NCBI GenBank assembly: GCA_965637545.1
Contig: OZ281500.1
Coordinates: forward strand, 4,216,001-4,280,000
Source: Phallusia mammillata
Lineage: Eukaryota
Direction: 5' to 3'
Length of the DNA: 64,000 nucleotides
Position numbers and translations under genes: made by a program. A model generated the notes under the pieces. That model made no database searches. It was not told where the DNA came from and was given only the letters and a program-made list of their open reading frames with translations. Shown here one piece after another: positions 50,901 to 63,400 of this stretch (within the stretch, counting starts at the first letter, position 1; each line of letters starts with the position of its first letter).

Positions 50901-53900
50901 GTTGTACGTCTCTGACTCACTTCAACGTTTCGCGGGGGTTGGGCTACGTTAAGCCTGTTGTCAGCGTATCGACCAAACAGAGTTTAAATAAACTTAATTT
51001 CGCGCCAATTCGATTGGCATTGAGCGGTTTTGGGGACCCTTGCGGACAAATAAATTGTGCGAGCAAAACTTTGGTTTTATTAAAAGCTGAACGCTGCTAT
51101 TGCCGAAAAAACAAGCTTCCAAAAATCCTAAACGGAGCAAGAACGACGCAAAATTGAAAGCACGGGAGTCAATGCGTTACAGTGTTTGGTACGGTTTTGT
51201 TTTATAGTTATTGCCTTTACACATCGTGCAATTGTCAAATTGTTGTGTATATTTTAATAAAACGATTCTCAAAAGTAACTTAAGAGTGAAAACTACAGAG
51301 TAAACGCTATGAGAATAAATAAACTATTTTTTTAAATTGACATAGCTTAAAACGCAATCAAGTGATTTGAAAAAAGTTACATTCACGTTGCATCAACACT
51401 ACATAAGTACGCCTTTCTCGCATTTCGCAACAACACAAAATTGTCTACAATATTTCTCAGCAATGGCACATTCCTATTTCAAAACACTCTGCCAAACCTA
51501 GCACTCAAACACCACTATTGGCCCTGTGAGAACGTCGAAATATCAATAAACGTCGAGTTGTTTCATCTCTTCATGGTACAAAGCGCCTTGCGGGATCATC
51601 CACAACAAATCAATCGATCGCCATTTTCCGATTGCAATCAACAAACCACTAAATAGTTACCAACGCACAAAATACCCACATATCATAAAATGACGTTTCG
51701 TGATGTCATAGCACCTAATTTTTTGCGAGTGCCTTATCTTTATTTTGCGCGACGCTTTATATCTATTGAATGTTGTGGCGCAAAGTTTCGTTGCACCTCA
51801 TTTCCACTGTATACATTATGCATGAAAACATGGTAAAATCCAATTCAGGAGTGTGGCGGAATTTTCGGTCTCCGTGGTCTCACAACCGCCTCACGACATT
51901 AAAAAACATTTTGTATTTCAACGTGTTTCCTTGTTTTACGTTTACAAGAATTTCGCGAATGGTTTTAATAGGAAATATATTAAATTTGACCAAGGAAGGT
52001 TGAGAACCACTGGTTGTTTGGAGGCGCTTGCTTATTTAGTTCGATAGGGTTGCCTATAAATTTTCGCCTTTACTACTTAGTCGACGAATAAAAAAAAAAC
52101 ACTCCATCCCTGTTAGTTGTTAACTTATGCAGTAAAAATAAAGATATGACAGTTTTGAATTTGCATTTTCACCTTTTTTGCTTACGCGATGTTAGGGTGT
52201 ATAATTTCTGGATAAAGCTACGCTGGCTTCTCTTATAAAATGCACACTTTACTCTTTGATCAATTTGCTACAAGTTAACTTCATAAAGGACCAATTTAAA
52301 CTGGAATTTACCAGTGACCCAATATAAATGAATTTCTAATTTTTTCACACAATGTTTTGACAATTTCCTGGTGATCACTATATTGACATTTATCCTTCCC
52401 TACGTTTTTCGTAGCGTTAAACTGAAAACACTATTAAAACAGCAAATGCTCTTTAAACGAATTGTCTCATGGGTATTTACATGTCAAAAATGGCCACAAA
52501 TCCTTCACAGTCTTAAATCCCATTGAAGACAAATCACTGAAGTAAATCCGGTTACATAATCATTACGCGCTGCGACGTAATTGTCGTGTGACGTCACATC
52601 ACCGGTCGATGTTAATTGCGAAATGGTCTGTTTGACGACAAATGCAGGTACAAAAAACGTGGATGATGCCGTTAATGCCACAGGAGTCGGCAGCCTTTTT
52701 TGGTCTGCGGACCGATTTTGAAACTGAAATTTTGTCGCGGACCGGCCCAAAAAATAACTGCAAATATTTAGCAATGAAAACTGTAAATCTTTAAATTAGT
52801 AAATTAGTTTATCGTCCCCGGCATACATTGGCAAAATATGTTGTTTGAAAATTGCACTGCCTGGTAACGAACTCCTCGCGGACCGGCGGTTGCCGACCAC
52901 TGCCGTTACAGACTTGCATTTAACAGTGTACATGACTTATTACAATGCGAGCAAAAAAAAAAAAAAACGAGACAAACGACATCTCTACAAAAAATTATTT
53001 TCTACTAGCAGAAATAAAATATGTAAAAGGGTATCATTAATTTTTAGTTTTTGTACGGTGTGCGTTTATTTGCCGGTTGTAGTGTTTTAATGTTAACTAT
53101 TATCGAACCGTGTAGCACAATTCGTTTGAGGACCTTGGCTTGGATAAAACCATCAAACCAAAAAGGTTACTTAGCCTACTAAAACATTTAACTGTGCACA
53201 TTGCAATTAGAACCATCAATCTTCAAAGTGTTTGAGTGAAAGTTTATGCTGTGAATATTCGCAACCATCTTATCACTGGTGTTTACCTTTTAGGTGATGG
53301 TTGAAGTTGAAACGATTGACCGGGCCGGCAACTTTATTGGTTGGCTGTTCGTCGACGGAGTCAATATGTCCCAAATGTTGTTGGAGAACGGATTATCACG
53401 TCTTCACTTCACAGCTGAACGCAGCAGCTACTACAAGTCTTTACTTACAGCCGAACAAACTGCCAAGGAAAAGGGCTTAAACGTAAGATATGTAATGTTA
53501 TGTTAAGTGTTTAGTAGTCTTGTGGGCCTCTTCCACGTGTAAGGTTCTTCTTTACTCTCTATCTTTCGTTTTATTTCTCTTTTAAAGTATGTTGTAAAAA
53601 GTATTCCATTTGTAAAGCATAAGTTGAAAGCGTGTGCCAATCTTTCTGTGGTGATGAATCCTTGTTATAATTTCTTCGAGGCTACGTACTAGTGATGGGA
53701 CGGGTACCCGGTACTCGGTACTCGGTATCGATGGTATCGAACGATTTCAGTGGTATCGATACTCGTACTCGGTATCGAAATATTTTGTCTCAGTTTTCGA
53801 TACCAACGTGCGAGTACCGAAGGCCGATTTACACTATAAGAACACTGAAAACTTTGTGCCAATATATGCTTCGGACAGCACAAATTTGGGAAAAAGTTCC

Positions 53901-56900
53901 GCCAGGTTAGGTATTTTTTTCGCTATCGTATGGAGATTACTTTTTTCTGCATGTGTGTGTGCACGCCTGTACGCCGGCCATGGCAGATAAATTAGCAGGT
54001 GATATGCAACTAAGTACAACACTGTACTTAAGTACTCGGTAATCGTACTCGGTACTCGGTATCGAAGGTATATACATGTGGTACTCGTACTCGGTATCGG
54101 TACTCGCTTTAAAACCTGGTATCGTCCCATCACTACTACGTACCCTTGATACAATTTATCTTAAGCTCTTTTTACCCAACAATGTTGTTATACCAAAAAA
54201 ACAGAGAAAATTAAGTTCTCGATTTAACTTCTTTTGAAAACTTTTTCGAAACTTTACAATAATTAAATATTTTTGCACCTACCTACCCCGGAAAACGACC
54301 CTGGGTACCTCTTGGGGTTTGCAAACCCTGTTTGAAACTATTATGTTATGTTTATTGCAATAAAACCTTCCAAGATCGACCAACATTTATCTCCCACTGA
54401 GTAAAAAACGGGATAAATAAGTGAGGCATGCATTGAAGCCCGGCCGTTTTTATTTGCAGATGTGGGAAAATTACGAAGAGCCAAAGCAGGAAGAAAAAGT
54501 GGAAGAACCAACAGAGAGAAAAGCAAACTACAAGAATATATTTGTCACCGAAGTAACCCCACAACTGCATCTCTACTGCCAGCATGTGGACAACGGGACT
54601 CAACTTGATCTTCTAACTGAGAAGGTACATGTCAGAAAAATTGCGCATCACTTGTTAGGCATATCATAAAACGCTGTGTAAGGACTTTTTAAGGGAAACA
54701 CCAATGTAAGCAATACAAACTCCGATGGACAAAACCGGTTGTTACTGGACAAATTCCTAAGTTAACAAATGAAAACAGTTATATTTCTTTCAAAGTAGAC
54801 AGCAAACAAAGTTAAGATAATGTAAGATCGGGGCTTGTATCACTTTACAGGTCACATTCTAAGAACTTATGTGTCTATTCTCAAAACACAAGCAAAATGT
54901 GATTTTTTTATTTTTTTAAATTCCTCCTACGTTGGGAACCACTGGACTTTTTTTAAGACACATCACTCGGACGTGTGTCTATTCTCAAAACACAAGCAAA
55001 ATGTGATTTTTTTATTTTTTTAAATTCCTCCTACGTTGGGAACCACTGGACTTTTTTTAAGACACATCACTCGGACGTAAAAATTACCTAAAAGAACATA
55101 TACCATCGCAAGCAACTCCTTTTTTTAAGCACTTAATGTTTAGGCTTGCATTTTTAACAAAAAACACATATTTTTATTTGCTTGATTTTTACAGATTAAC
55201 TTTAAACTGTAGCGAAGGTGACAAAAATGCTGATACTGCAATAATGCCAATAACCCATCACCTTTGCATGTTCCAAGACTAAACCTAACATAGCGATGTG
55301 CGTGTACACCCACGTGGTTTTCTTACTTCATGTGTTATTTATGACGTTACAGATGCGTAGTTTTCTGATTTCGGATCCTCCTCTGGCGGGCGCCTACAAG
55401 CCTCGGCGTGGTGAATTCTGTGTAGCGAAGTTTGGTGAAGACGGACAGTGGTACAGGGCACGGGTGGAGAAAGTCGAACAACACAACGACAAAGTTCACG
55501 TTCATTACATCGACTTTGGCAACGTAAGTACCAACTCTAAAACCAAAACGGTCCAAGCAAAACACTTTTGGTCAATCTTTACACCATGTAATGCATTTTA
55601 TTATTATTTTGCTGTAAACTTTTGACGGCTTTCGCTAATATTTGATACAGTCAAACTTCGATACTATGCCACCTTGATATTATGCCACCCTCGCTACTAT
55701 ACCACTTTTGATCGTCAGCAACTAAATTCAATAGAAAATATATTTACTATGCCACCCCTTACCCTTGATACTATGACACATGAGAGGACAGTATTACTGT
55801 ATTAACGGTCTGGTTGCAGATTAAAAGTTGGGCCTTCTGACAATTTTCGGTTTGAGCTCATGATAAAACAGAGAAAAAATGAAAAACAAATCGTTGAGTA
55901 AACAAACGTGGTCATGTTAAGAGGTTTCACGGCTTTGCAACGAGTTATGTAAACGCTGTTCCGTGCTTGTGTCACGACAAAACTAACAGATCTTGTTTGT
56001 TCTATGCACGATCTATCCGTTTTTTGTAATAAATTATACTGTATACTATACCTTATACTATATACCGTAATAAATTACAATCGTACAACACAACGTGGCA
56101 CTACAGTACATTGTCACGTCACAAGGCTATTTTTACAACCGACCCTCGGTATTATGCCACCCTCGATACTATGCCACTTTCTCTCGGTCCCAAAGGGTGG
56201 CATAGTATCGAAGTTTGACTGTATTTTCTACTGAACAAAACGCCAAGTTGGCATAGAATCAGTCGCAAACTTGTTACTGTCGACGGTTCAAATCCCACGG
56301 CAAGATCTTACCCTTCCACGTGGAAATGCTTGAAAGACTGACTGGTTTTAATAACGCCTCATGTTAAACATGTGCTATGATTAACAAATCCCAAAATTGT
56401 TTAGTAACTGTGAACACCTTGCAGTTGTTTGACTTTGAATATATTGATTTATTTTTTATCGTAATATCGTGTGCTATTTTGTTGTAGAAAGAAGTGGTGC
56501 CGATGAATCGAGTGAGTTCACTCCCTGCTGAGTATAACACTCACATTTTACTCCCTCAAGCTCACGAGTACGCACTGGCGTTGATCCGAGTTCCTGAAGA
56601 TGTAAGTAACGAATCAAGTCGCATTTGTTTACAATGTATGGTAGGGATGGGCCGGGGCAAACTATTTTCGATGCTCGGTACTCGGCCGAGCAGTTGCGCA
56701 AACTGACCAGAGCATTAAATTTGCATATTCCTGTCCTGCTAACGTACGAAACTAGTGTTCGGGTATCTATGAACAAAAATGACTTGCGTTACATGGCTGA
56801 AAACGCGTATTTCTGGGGCCTGTGTAGCTTAATACCCCGCTGATTACGTGAGGGACCTAGAAAAGTTCCAAAACTAGCATAGAATTGGAAATGTTCGTGA

Positions 56901-58863
56901 CGTCACAATGCTGAGCCGCCGAGCATCGAGCATTAACGTGAGATGTTCGGTGGTCGACCATACAGAACGTTCGCAGTTTTGACCCATCCCTAATGTTAAA
57001 GGTGTTAACTTAGTACGCAAAAAGTTTAGTACTGTGGTTAGTGTGACACCACACAATGTGAAACTCTCTGAGGTAATTGCGTGGGGAATAAAACGGGTTG
57101 GATATCATTGCTCTAACTCAGCGATTTTCAACCTGTGTTAAGTAAAATTTCGTCAGGTGTTTTGCGAATAATTTTCAAGAGAACAAATACTTCCATGGAA
57201 CCTCAGTCAAAAAGTTACATCATGATTTGCTTCATTTATGGTGGTGCAATAATTAGAATCGTTGTGTAATAATGAATATGTAATTACGCGGGCCTGTTGC
57301 TTGCAATGCAGAAGTAGTTGAGCTTATTTTATTGCACCATTATAAAATTTCGTTTGGTGTTTCGCAAGATTATTTCAATGCAACATTTTGTTCAAACACA
57401 ATGGAAACAGAAAATTTCTAATCACTGTGGAAACAGAAAACGTTTTTCAAACTCTTAAATTAACTCATAATCCTTGTAGGCTGATTCAGCTGCTGATGCA
57501 TTCCGGGCTCTCTGCTCAATGGTGGGAAATTCTCAGTTCCAATTGAACGTCGAATACAAAGATGGAGGAAGCGATTTTGTGACACTCACTAGTGCTGTAA
57601 GAAAATAACCAACGTTTTTATGCAGTTTGTCAATCCATGTTAGCTATAGTTTGGAATTCTAACGATGCTTGATGCATCGTATATTGAGACTACAGCTTCT
57701 GATACTATTTTCTTTTTTGACCTAAATAGTTATATTTTTTGAAAATAAATATTCGTTTTGTAATGTTCGCAGGATAGATTTTTTGAGACGATGTTTTTGA
57801 GTTATATTTTTCACATGGTTTTGCTTGTTATGGCACCGAAATATCACATTTAAAGGTCGACCAATAACAATACACAATTAAGACGTCCGGTGGGTCAAAT
57901 ATTTTTTGTTAATTTCAACGAACAATTACATGTTAATGTTTTTCGCTACACACCGCTGCCAAAACGCTAAGCTGGGGGTGCTTGCACTGCAATAAAATGT
58001 TTCATAATTTCATAAATACGCCCAAACATGCCAAAAAGGTAATATCAAAATTTTGTAAGAGCCTCGCAGGACATTATACTTCTCATTTTAAAGGCGGATA
58101 TGTCCTCAGGCCTACTTAAACTAGCCTCGTTATATTGTTTCAGGATGGTGAAACGGACGTGGGACGTTCCTTGGTCAGCGAAGGATTCTGTACTGTGGCG
58201 AAAAGAGGCGAAAAACGTCTTCAGAAGATGCTGAGCGAATATTACGGCGAGCAGGAGAAGGCCAAGAAACAACACGTAAGTTTTAGAACAAATGCTGTAT
58301 TGAGTTTTGAAGTGTAAATATTCAAGACAAAGAGTATCGGGATGTGCAGAATTTACTCTTTTTTGTATTAAAGTTTTTCTCTTATTTTTGTAAAATTTAT
58401 TTGTTACATGTTATATATATTTATTTGTAATTTATCATATATATATATATATTTATTTATTTACTGAAGTTGTTGTGAAAATATCTTACTGGGTTGAGAT
58501 TAAAAAAAACAGTGGTTTACACGTTTTTTTTAAAAAAATATTTTTTCACGAAATCAAGATATTTTTAACAATTGAAACTCATGTACGGTATATCCAACAT
58601 TTGATCAAAAAAGCCAAAGAAATGGCCTTTAAATGATACAGATGCCATGATAACAACATTGCTAATGTTGTGCAACAATTTCGTCATCTTTCTAACAAAA
58701 TCTTTTTTTCAATATCGCCATTAGGCCACGTTGAGGCCTCTCATAAACCTTATGTCCCCTCATAAAACTTACGTCTGCGAAATCTGTTTTCCAGTTGAAC
58801 TTGTGGAGATACGGTGACATTACAGAGGATGACGCGTCCGAGTTCGGCTACAAAAAGAACTAA
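26273..58863 (+). CDS. SND1: Staphylococcal nuclease domain-containing protein 1 (Tudor-SN), 926 aa, 22 coding exons
   Basis: Exons 26273-26362, 27327-27476, 27619-27739, 27814-27895, 27962-28122, 28473-28551, 28898-29075, 29546-29652, 29834-30016, 30423-30558, 30768-30868, 31375-31485, 32000-32122, 32519-32610, 33172-33281, 53294-53482, 54460-54624, 55353-55523, 56488-56601, 57480-57596, 58144-58275, 58795-58863; total 2781 nt, in frame throughout. Hallmarks: [55 protein letters not shown], Tudor [31 protein letters not shown], and C-terminal LNLWRYGD...EFGY. Confidence 0.97.
26891..26918. repeat. (TA)14 microsatellite in SND1 intron 1
   Basis: Read directly. A lone hAT-like end (CAGGGGTGGCCAAC) lies about 200 bp upstream at ~26697. 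Confidence 0.85.
30620..30750. repeat. Degenerate short-period tandem repeat (GATATTTT-like units)
   Basis: Repeated gatattttc / gatatttta / gatgttttc / gatatttc / gatttttttc motifs in SND1 intron 10. Confidence 0.5.
33858..45209 (-). CDS. LRRC4: LRRC4/NGL-family (netrin-G ligand-like) LRR-Ig-TM adhesion protein, 849 aa, 12 coding exons, nested antisense in SND1 intron 15
   Basis: Exons 45209-44994, 43347-43177, 42192-41938, 39829-39620, 38229-38108, 37663-37527, 36963-36793, 36031-35811, 35660-35511, 35240-35102, 34721-34601, 34494-33858; 2550 nt, all GT/AG, in frame. Domains: signal peptide, LRRNT (CPTDCKC..VNC), 9 LRRs collinear with NGL ([44 protein letters not shown]), LRRCT ([17 protein letters not shown]), one Ig domain ([23 protein letters not shown]), Thr-rich stalk, and [36 protein letters not shown] vs remembered human LRRC4 [34 protein letters not shown]. 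Likely co-orthologous to LRRC4/LRRC4B/LRRC4C. Confidence 0.92.
52681..52902. mobile_element. Degenerate hAT-type MITE
   Basis: Imperfect TIRs CAGGAGTCGGCAGCC and GGTTGCCGACCACTG with internal GCGGACCG motifs. No clean TSD. Confidence 0.6.
53690..54135. mobile_element. Non-autonomous hAT (Ac/Tip100-like) MITE (446 bp)
   Basis: TIR TAGTGATGGGACG / CGTCCCATCACTA, 8-bp TSD CTACGTAC (53682-53689, 54136-54143), and arrays of GGTACTC/GGTATCG subterminal repeats. It accounts for the overlapping ORFs at 53689-54154. Confidence 0.9.
54870..55077. repeat. Perfect 104-bp direct tandem duplication
   Basis: 54870-54973 and 54974-55077 are identical (TGTGTCTATTCTC...CTCGGACG). Each unit contains a hAT-like end, GTTGGGAACCACTG. 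Confidence 0.9.
55648..56221. mobile_element. Tc1/mariner (pogo/Tigger-like) MITE (574 bp)
   Basis: Perfect 26-bp TIR CAGTCAAACTTCGATACTATGCCACC at both ends, TA TSD (55646-55647, 56222-56223), and internal repeats of (T)ATGCCACC. Confidence 0.9.
56642..56992. mobile_element. hAT-type MITE with TAGGGATG ends
   Basis: TAGGGATGGG ... CCCATCCCTA inverted ends with subterminal CTCGG/CCGAG motifs. The TSD is only partly conserved (ATGT shared). Confidence 0.7.
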
Positions 58864-60440
58864 ATCTCCTACCCCTTATACATAGAGTGGATGTTTTAAT
58901 TAAATGCGTCATAACAGAAAAATATGGTGTTTTGTTGTGGTTTGTTCTATTGGTGTGTCTACGGTTTATCATTTGTGTGTATTTATCTTGTTACCGCGCC
59001 AACACTGCAGTGCCTATTTTCATGTACTAATTTAGCATCCTTATTTGAAAAGGTTTGCGCCTTAGTCTAATGCAGTGCGCTTTGCAGTCGGTTGCTAAGG
59101 CTACTTGGTAACAGCAGCCTTCGAACGCGCGACAAATTTTCTGATAGCCGTCAAATCTTAAAAGTAAATCACTTGCCTTAAACGTCGCGTCAGTTCCACA
59201 TTTGCATGAAATACGTGTTGCACAAACTATTTAAATCGCGATTTTTGTTGATCATTTCTATTAATCCATTCTTGTTTGCTATTTCGTGGCCTAACTTAAG
59301 AGGTCATGTTAACTGTTTGTCAGTTAATCTTGTCCAAAAGGTAACCTTTTTTATAAAAACACCTCGAAAATTCGGGTGTTTTGTGTGCATTTAAATTAAC
59401 GCATAGCTCTGTTAATGGCAGAATGTTTTTTCCTCAGTTCAAACGCCAAACGGCCTTACACGTTTGTGCGCCATGTGTTTCCAAATCAAACTCTCGCTCT
59501 TGTGTCGTGTTGACCTTTTTCATGTTGGTCTTGCGACGAACAACATGACTTGTGTTTTTTTCTGAATGGCGTGAATACATTTTAAGATGGGTGAAAGAAT
59601 CGAAGTTGTGTTTTAGGGCTGGTTTAGGTATAAGACTAATATAATTATTTACAATGAAGAAAACCGTTTCCAGCTTGTCACGGTACCTGTTGTTGTTTTT
59701 CAAAATTCCGTCCGTTAGATGAGGTACATCAGGCTCATCATTTGAGCGAAAAAAGAAAAAACCTGACCATAATATATTGTAGTTTTGCTCTGCACAGACC
59801 GCGATGTCGAAAATTAGTTTGATTTGCTTATTGTACCAATCCTATCCCATCTATGGTTTATAAGCAAGCTGTTGTATGTTTTCACTAACACGTATTAACT
59901 TACCAATAAAATTCATGTTTCAAGCTATAGGGGTGCCATCATATAAAGCAGAGTTACCTATACTTTGAAAGCCGTAAAAATGTATTAGGCCTTACTGGCG
60001 GAAAAAAGGAAAAACGCAAAATACTTACATAAGCCTACACTTCGTGTTGGAAATCCTTACAATTGATGCCCATGATTTACTTTTGACAGTTAAAATATAA
60101 TGAAATGTCGTAACAGATTTGATTTAATGAGTATAAAGAACTTTGTTTAAGGCTTGTAATCGCACAAAAGTGTTGAAAGAGTCACATTACCCCTTCTCAG
60201 AGAACAAACAATTTTTTGCATAGAAATCAAAATATTTAGTTCAGTAAAGCGTGAAATCAGCTGACGTATATAAACAAAAGTCTTTCCTTGTTTCATTCAG
60301 TTTGCATTGGCGCTTCGTGGTGCCTATTACAGTTAGAACTTAGAACGACTGTCTGTCGCGAGTTTGATTGTTAAAATGATCGCAAGGTTAGGTTGTACAA
60401 AGTTGTAACACTTAGGGCCATTGGCTTGGATTATTACGAA

Positions 60441-63400
60441 ATGGAAAATGAAGTTGAACCCAATCCAAAATCCATTTTAACTTTGGAAAAGGACAAAGTT
60501 TCGGTCGAAAATGGAGTGAATTCAAACGGTGTTGATCTGTTTTGTGCCACTCAAATGCAGTTAGAATTGGACAAACTTCGAAGGGTAACGTACATTGCTT
60601 ATTTCCTAATTTATATGACTGGCTTCTTTAATGATTCACAGTATCTTCCAAAAACGTTAATTGCATAATTTGATGACTGCTCTATTAGAAACAGTATCTG
60701 AGTTTTTACAACTATGTACCAAAATAGAGTAAAATTGTTGAATGTTGCTGCTATATTAAAATTATACCTAACTTGTCAAAGTAAAAACTTACATATCATT
60801 TGCTGAAACTGTAGTAAATAAACTTTTTGTCTAGTGTTGAAGTATTTTAAGTGACCTTATGTTTTAAAGGAATTACGGGACAAAAATGCAGAGTGTCAAC
60901 GTCTTCAAGACAGTCATATCAAGGTGGAAGCTGAGATTGAAGATTTGACTGCAAGTTTATTTGAAGAGGCCAACAAAATGGTTTATGATGCAAATGTGAA
61001 GCGACACAGAGCGGAAAAACAGTTGGCTGAAGCAAAAGGAAATGTAAGAAACGCATATAGATCTGTACACAAACAATATCTGTTCACCTACTGTTTTGAC
61101 ACCGCTATTTATTTTGATGCAGTGTTTTCCAATATTTTAATGTTCCAATAACAATCCACACTTTGCAGGTTAAAAACACAACAATTGTTAAATTACATTG
61201 CAGCCTTAACATGGGTAAGACCGTGTTTTTTTTCGCAGTACACTTGGTAATCTTTTATTTATTCCACAGCACAATTGTTAAAAAACGCACAATAATACAT
61301 CCATGTTTGTTTAACATTCAATGTTTGTATGGTAATTTAACTTAGTGTATACCATTCTTCTGTCATGGCAGCCAAAACCATTCAATGTTCAATCTGATTT
61401 TTTTTTTAATTTGCAGATTGACGCATTGCAAACAGAGGTTGATGCTCTTAAGTCTCTTGTCCTTACGTCAACACCGAGCAATCCAAACAGATTGTCCCAC
61501 CCACAACTTATTGAGAAGAAGGAAAATAAACTAAGTAAGTCACCTTGCATCATAAATATATATACAATGCTGGTGACATATCTAACAACCTACTAATATT
61601 TTGTTGACAATTATAAAGATACTAGTTTGACTTTGAAATGCAGATTTGAAAAACTCATAACTTTCAAATAAAATGAATTAATAGTTTGTACATTATGCCA
61701 GAATGCAACAAGTCAAATGAATAGCTATTGGTGTTAATGAAATACCCAATCTTGTCTGAGTACTTAATATTTCTGATGGGAGGATGATGCTTTCATATTA
61801 ACACCAGAATAAAGAAGACTTGTGTATTTTTTTCCATCGGACAATTGATATGCCAAAATGTTACTAACAAATAATGTAGTACAATACTTGTTTAATAAAA
61901 TTTATTTTATTATGGGTCCCCTTCCCTGAAGGGGACACATATTGATTTTAATGTTTTTTGTTTTTTTCTTTTTTTTTCTTTCATTTTTCTTCTCCCCAAA
62001 GTTTGTCCGACTCGTTTTTCCATCAAATCCTTGATGGATTTGGATAAAATTTACACAGATGGTAGATGTAGTTATGTAGATGTGCATCCCACTTTGTTTT
62101 TGTTCATAACCCCAGTATTTACCCAGCTAGCCCCCTAAAATGGGTATTTTTTCCCCGAAGTTTGTCTGACTCGTTTTTCCATCAAATGTTTGATGGATTT
62201 GGCTGAAATTTACACAGATGGTAGATGCAGTTATGTAGATGTGCATCCCACTTTGTTTTTGTTGATAACCCCAGTATTTACCCCGCTAGCCCCCTAACAT
62301 GGGTATTTTCCCCCGAAGTTTGTCCGACTCGTTTTTCTATCAAATGTTTGATGGTTTAGCTGAAATTTACACAGACGGTAGATGTAGTTATGTAGATGTG
62401 CATCCCACTTTGTTTGTCCGGATAACCCTAGTATTTCCCCACTAGCTCCCTAAAAGGGGTGAGTTTGTCAACAATGTCAGAATTGGCTAAAATTTGGATA
62501 GCTTGTAAAGTATGCCAATTATCGTTATTGCGCCATTGCTGTTCGGGGGTTGTAAACAGCCCTTTGACGTCAGAAACATTAACAGTTGTTGATCAAAACA
62601 CCTCTAGTGGTTGAAATTTTAAACGTTGGCAGATTGGACTGAAATTTTACACTACTATTGATTGAGTCATTGTGGTTTCCTTCTTTTAAGTTTGTGTGTA
62701 TTGAACCTCAATTAGTTATCCCACTTACTCATTTTTATCTATTGAAATGCATTATCTACAACTTTGCATGTGTGGGGACCCATGAGTTTTTGCTTGCAGA
62801 AACAACCAAGGTTATAAAAGACGATAATGTTTCAAAATATGCTATAGTGTATGTGCAAGGGCAATATGTGCTAAGCCACCCTTCTAGTTTTTACATGTTT
62901 TTAGTGTCACCACTTAGGCGACATAAAAGAAACAGTAGTCTTGTGGAAACTGAAAAGGTCAAGGAAACTGACACATCATCTTGCAGCACCAGCATTCACG
63001 AATTTGCTATAGCTGATGACCAAACTGCTGTTAACGTCACCAACATGAATAAAGAGGTATTAACAAATGTCACTCCAAGTAACAAATATCCAATAGTTGA
63101 ATGGTTATCACTTTCAGCTCATACAATCACTCTAATGACAAGCTATTGTTTGCTATTGTTTAACGAATGAAATTAGATTTGTGGTTTTGCATTTCAAATG
63201 TCATTGATTTTTGTTGTTGAAATTATTCTTTTTAAATAAAGCACTGTGATGACATATGTTTGAAACATTTAAATTCTGCTTAAAAATTGCCAAAAACATG
63301 CTCATACAAGCATTAACTCATATTTTTCTCTGAAGACTGTTTAAAACCTTTGCATATTGTTTCTTAATTTGATTTTAAGTTGTGCAATTTCACAATATTT

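Noticed and set aside
53692-54125. Short repeated GGTACTC/GGTATCG motifs resembling a CRISPR-like array
   Set aside because: No constant repeat-spacer periodicity; eukaryotic context; explained as hAT subterminal repeats.
53689-54154. Four overlapping ORFs on both strands
   Set aside because: They derive from the repetitive interior of the hAT MITE.
60387-60415. GT...AG segment just upstream of the RAB3IP start, suggesting an intron or an operon link to SND1
   Set aside because: 29 nt is too short for a cis-intron, and the 1.6-kb spacing gives no positive evidence for an operon; trans-splicing cannot be judged from DNA.
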